Shown here: positions 62,884-64,000 of the stretch, one piece after another
How positions within the stretch are numbered: the stretch's first letter is position 1
Layout: every line of letters starts with the position of its first letter
Assembly: GCA_001662655.1 (NCBI GenBank)
Contig: KV460236.1
From: Pseudogymnoascus verrucosus
Taxonomy: Eukaryota
Length of the DNA: 64,000 nt
Reading direction: 5' to 3' (one strand)
Translations under genes and position numbers: made by a program
Notes under the pieces: generated by a model
What the model saw: only the letters and a program-made list of their open reading frames with translations
What the model was told of the DNA's origin: nothing
The model's database searches: none

Positions 62884-64000
62884 TCAGAATGCTTCCACAC
62901 CAGCCTTCCTACCGAACCAATTGCCAAGTTCATCATCCGCCTTCTGCTCCTTCCCACTATCAGCACTGAAATAATCAGTAACCCGATGCGTCTCCTCATC
63001 CTCCTCCGCAGGCCAATCCACAGTAACCGCCATAGCCTTGTTATCCTCCAACAAATCCTTAGTCGTCGACCAGGAAAAGCGGCATTCAGGACCCCAGCCA
63101 AAAACCGGATCGATATTGCGCTTCAGCCAGGTCGAGCAACGTGCATCTGATGGATAGCCGGATCCCCAGTCTGCTTCGGGCGCTGGTGCGTCCTCGGAGT
63201 CACCCATTGTAACGTCTTCTTTGCCTGCCGCATCCTCGTTGGAGCCGCCATACGCCTCATAGAGCACCTCTAGCGCCCTATCTCTCGTGACCTTCGCGCA
63301 GACACTGGCCGCGCTGACACAGGGATACAAACTATCCGCCTTCTTCGCCACGGTGATAGAGGCGGTAGGGAATATGCGTTCGAGCTTCTTCTGGTACGGG
63401 CCAGGTTGGCCAATGGTATCGATGTAGATTTCCCTCACATTAACGCCCATCTCGTATACCGTCTTGATGAGGTGGATAGTTGCGTCCATGGCCTGCTCGT
63501 TCAAGTTGTACGTCGCGGGCCTCATCATATTGGCGGAGATCGCTCGTGCGGAGAGGACCGAGACGGCCCATCCGCAGTTATCGTAGAGGCTGCTTGGGTC
63601 GGGGGATGTGGCGGGGGCGGGCGGCACGGTTGGCGTGCAGAGCGTCTCCATTAACTGGGCGCGGAAGCCGGCGGTGAGGACTTTGGAGTCGTCGAAGTGG
63701 TGGGTTTTGGAGAGGAGAGGCGTGGAGAGGGGGATGGGGAGGTAGAATGCGCCGTAGACCATGGGGCCGAGGACGGGACCCCGCCCTGCTTCGTCAACGC
63801 CGAGAGCGCATGGTGGACCGGCGGGTGGTTTGGGTAGCGGAGTTGAGGATGGGGCGGCGGGTGCTGCTGATGGTTCTTTTGGAGGAGGAGACGAGGATGA
63901 GGGAGCAGGTGGTGACGGTGCGATTGGAAGGAGGGATGGCGGGACTGGGGAGAAATGCGTGTATGATTCGCCGGAGAAAAGTGTGGAGTGGATGACTGAG
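62884..64000 (-). CDS. RNH201: RNase H2 catalytic subunit A, 5'-truncated by the window edge
   Basis: CALGVDEAGRGPVLGPMVYG, DDSKVL, YIDTIG, KKADSLYPCVSAASVCAKVTRD, WGSGYPSD. Confidence 0.95.
   Translation of the reverse strand, partial: SVIHSTLFSGESYTHFSPVPPSLLPIAPSPPAPSSSSPPPKEPSAAPAAPSSTPLPKPPAGPPCALGVDEAGRGPVLGPMVYGAFYLPIPLSTPLLSKTHHFDDSKVLTAGFRAQLMETLCTPTVPPAPATSPDPSSLYDNCGWAVSVLSARAISANMMRPATYNLNEQAMDATIHLIKTVYEMGVNVREIYIDTIGQPGPYQKKLERIFPTASITVAKKADSLYPCVSAASVCAKVTRDRALEVLYEAYGGSNEDAAGKEDVTMGDSEDAPAPEADWGSGYPSDARCSTWLKRNIDPVFGWGPECRFSWSTTKDLLEDNKAMAVTVDWPAEEDEETHRVTDYFSADSGKEQKADDELGNWFGRKAGVEAF

Overview
Gene-dense, intron-containing eukaryotic DNA from a filamentous ascomycete (GT..AG introns of ~50-60 nt with CTRAC branch points; a Leotiomycete such as Pseudogymnoascus is my impression, not proven). 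About 27 protein genes can be reconstructed: mostly conserved housekeeping genes (LARP1/La-motif, COX19, NPR3, SPT14/PIG-A, DBP6, MAPR/cyt-b5, divergent RPS25-RPS5, ADP/ATP carrier, MHF2/CENP-X, NHP10-like, SEY1, partial RNase H2A) plus GH10 xylanase, GST, GFA-domain and GPI/secreted proteins. An accessory-looking block at ~40.9-55.8 kb holds an orphan O-methyltransferase, an actinobacterial-type secreted protein, a hidden 5-exon secreted-protein pseudogene, a Zn2Cys6 TF divergent from an ABCG half-transporter, an M3 peptidase and an aspartic protease. Best signals: (i) seven CGGGGAC copies (inverted pair plus 19-bp triple repeat) in the TF/ABC promoter; (ii) long-range stems inside the unusually long introns (25-bp stem in RPS25 intron 1; competing stems in AAC intron 1); (iii) the 5-exon gene missing from the ORF track with two premature stops. 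No tRNA, rRNA, CRISPR or intact transposon was recognised. Splice coordinates were read by eye.
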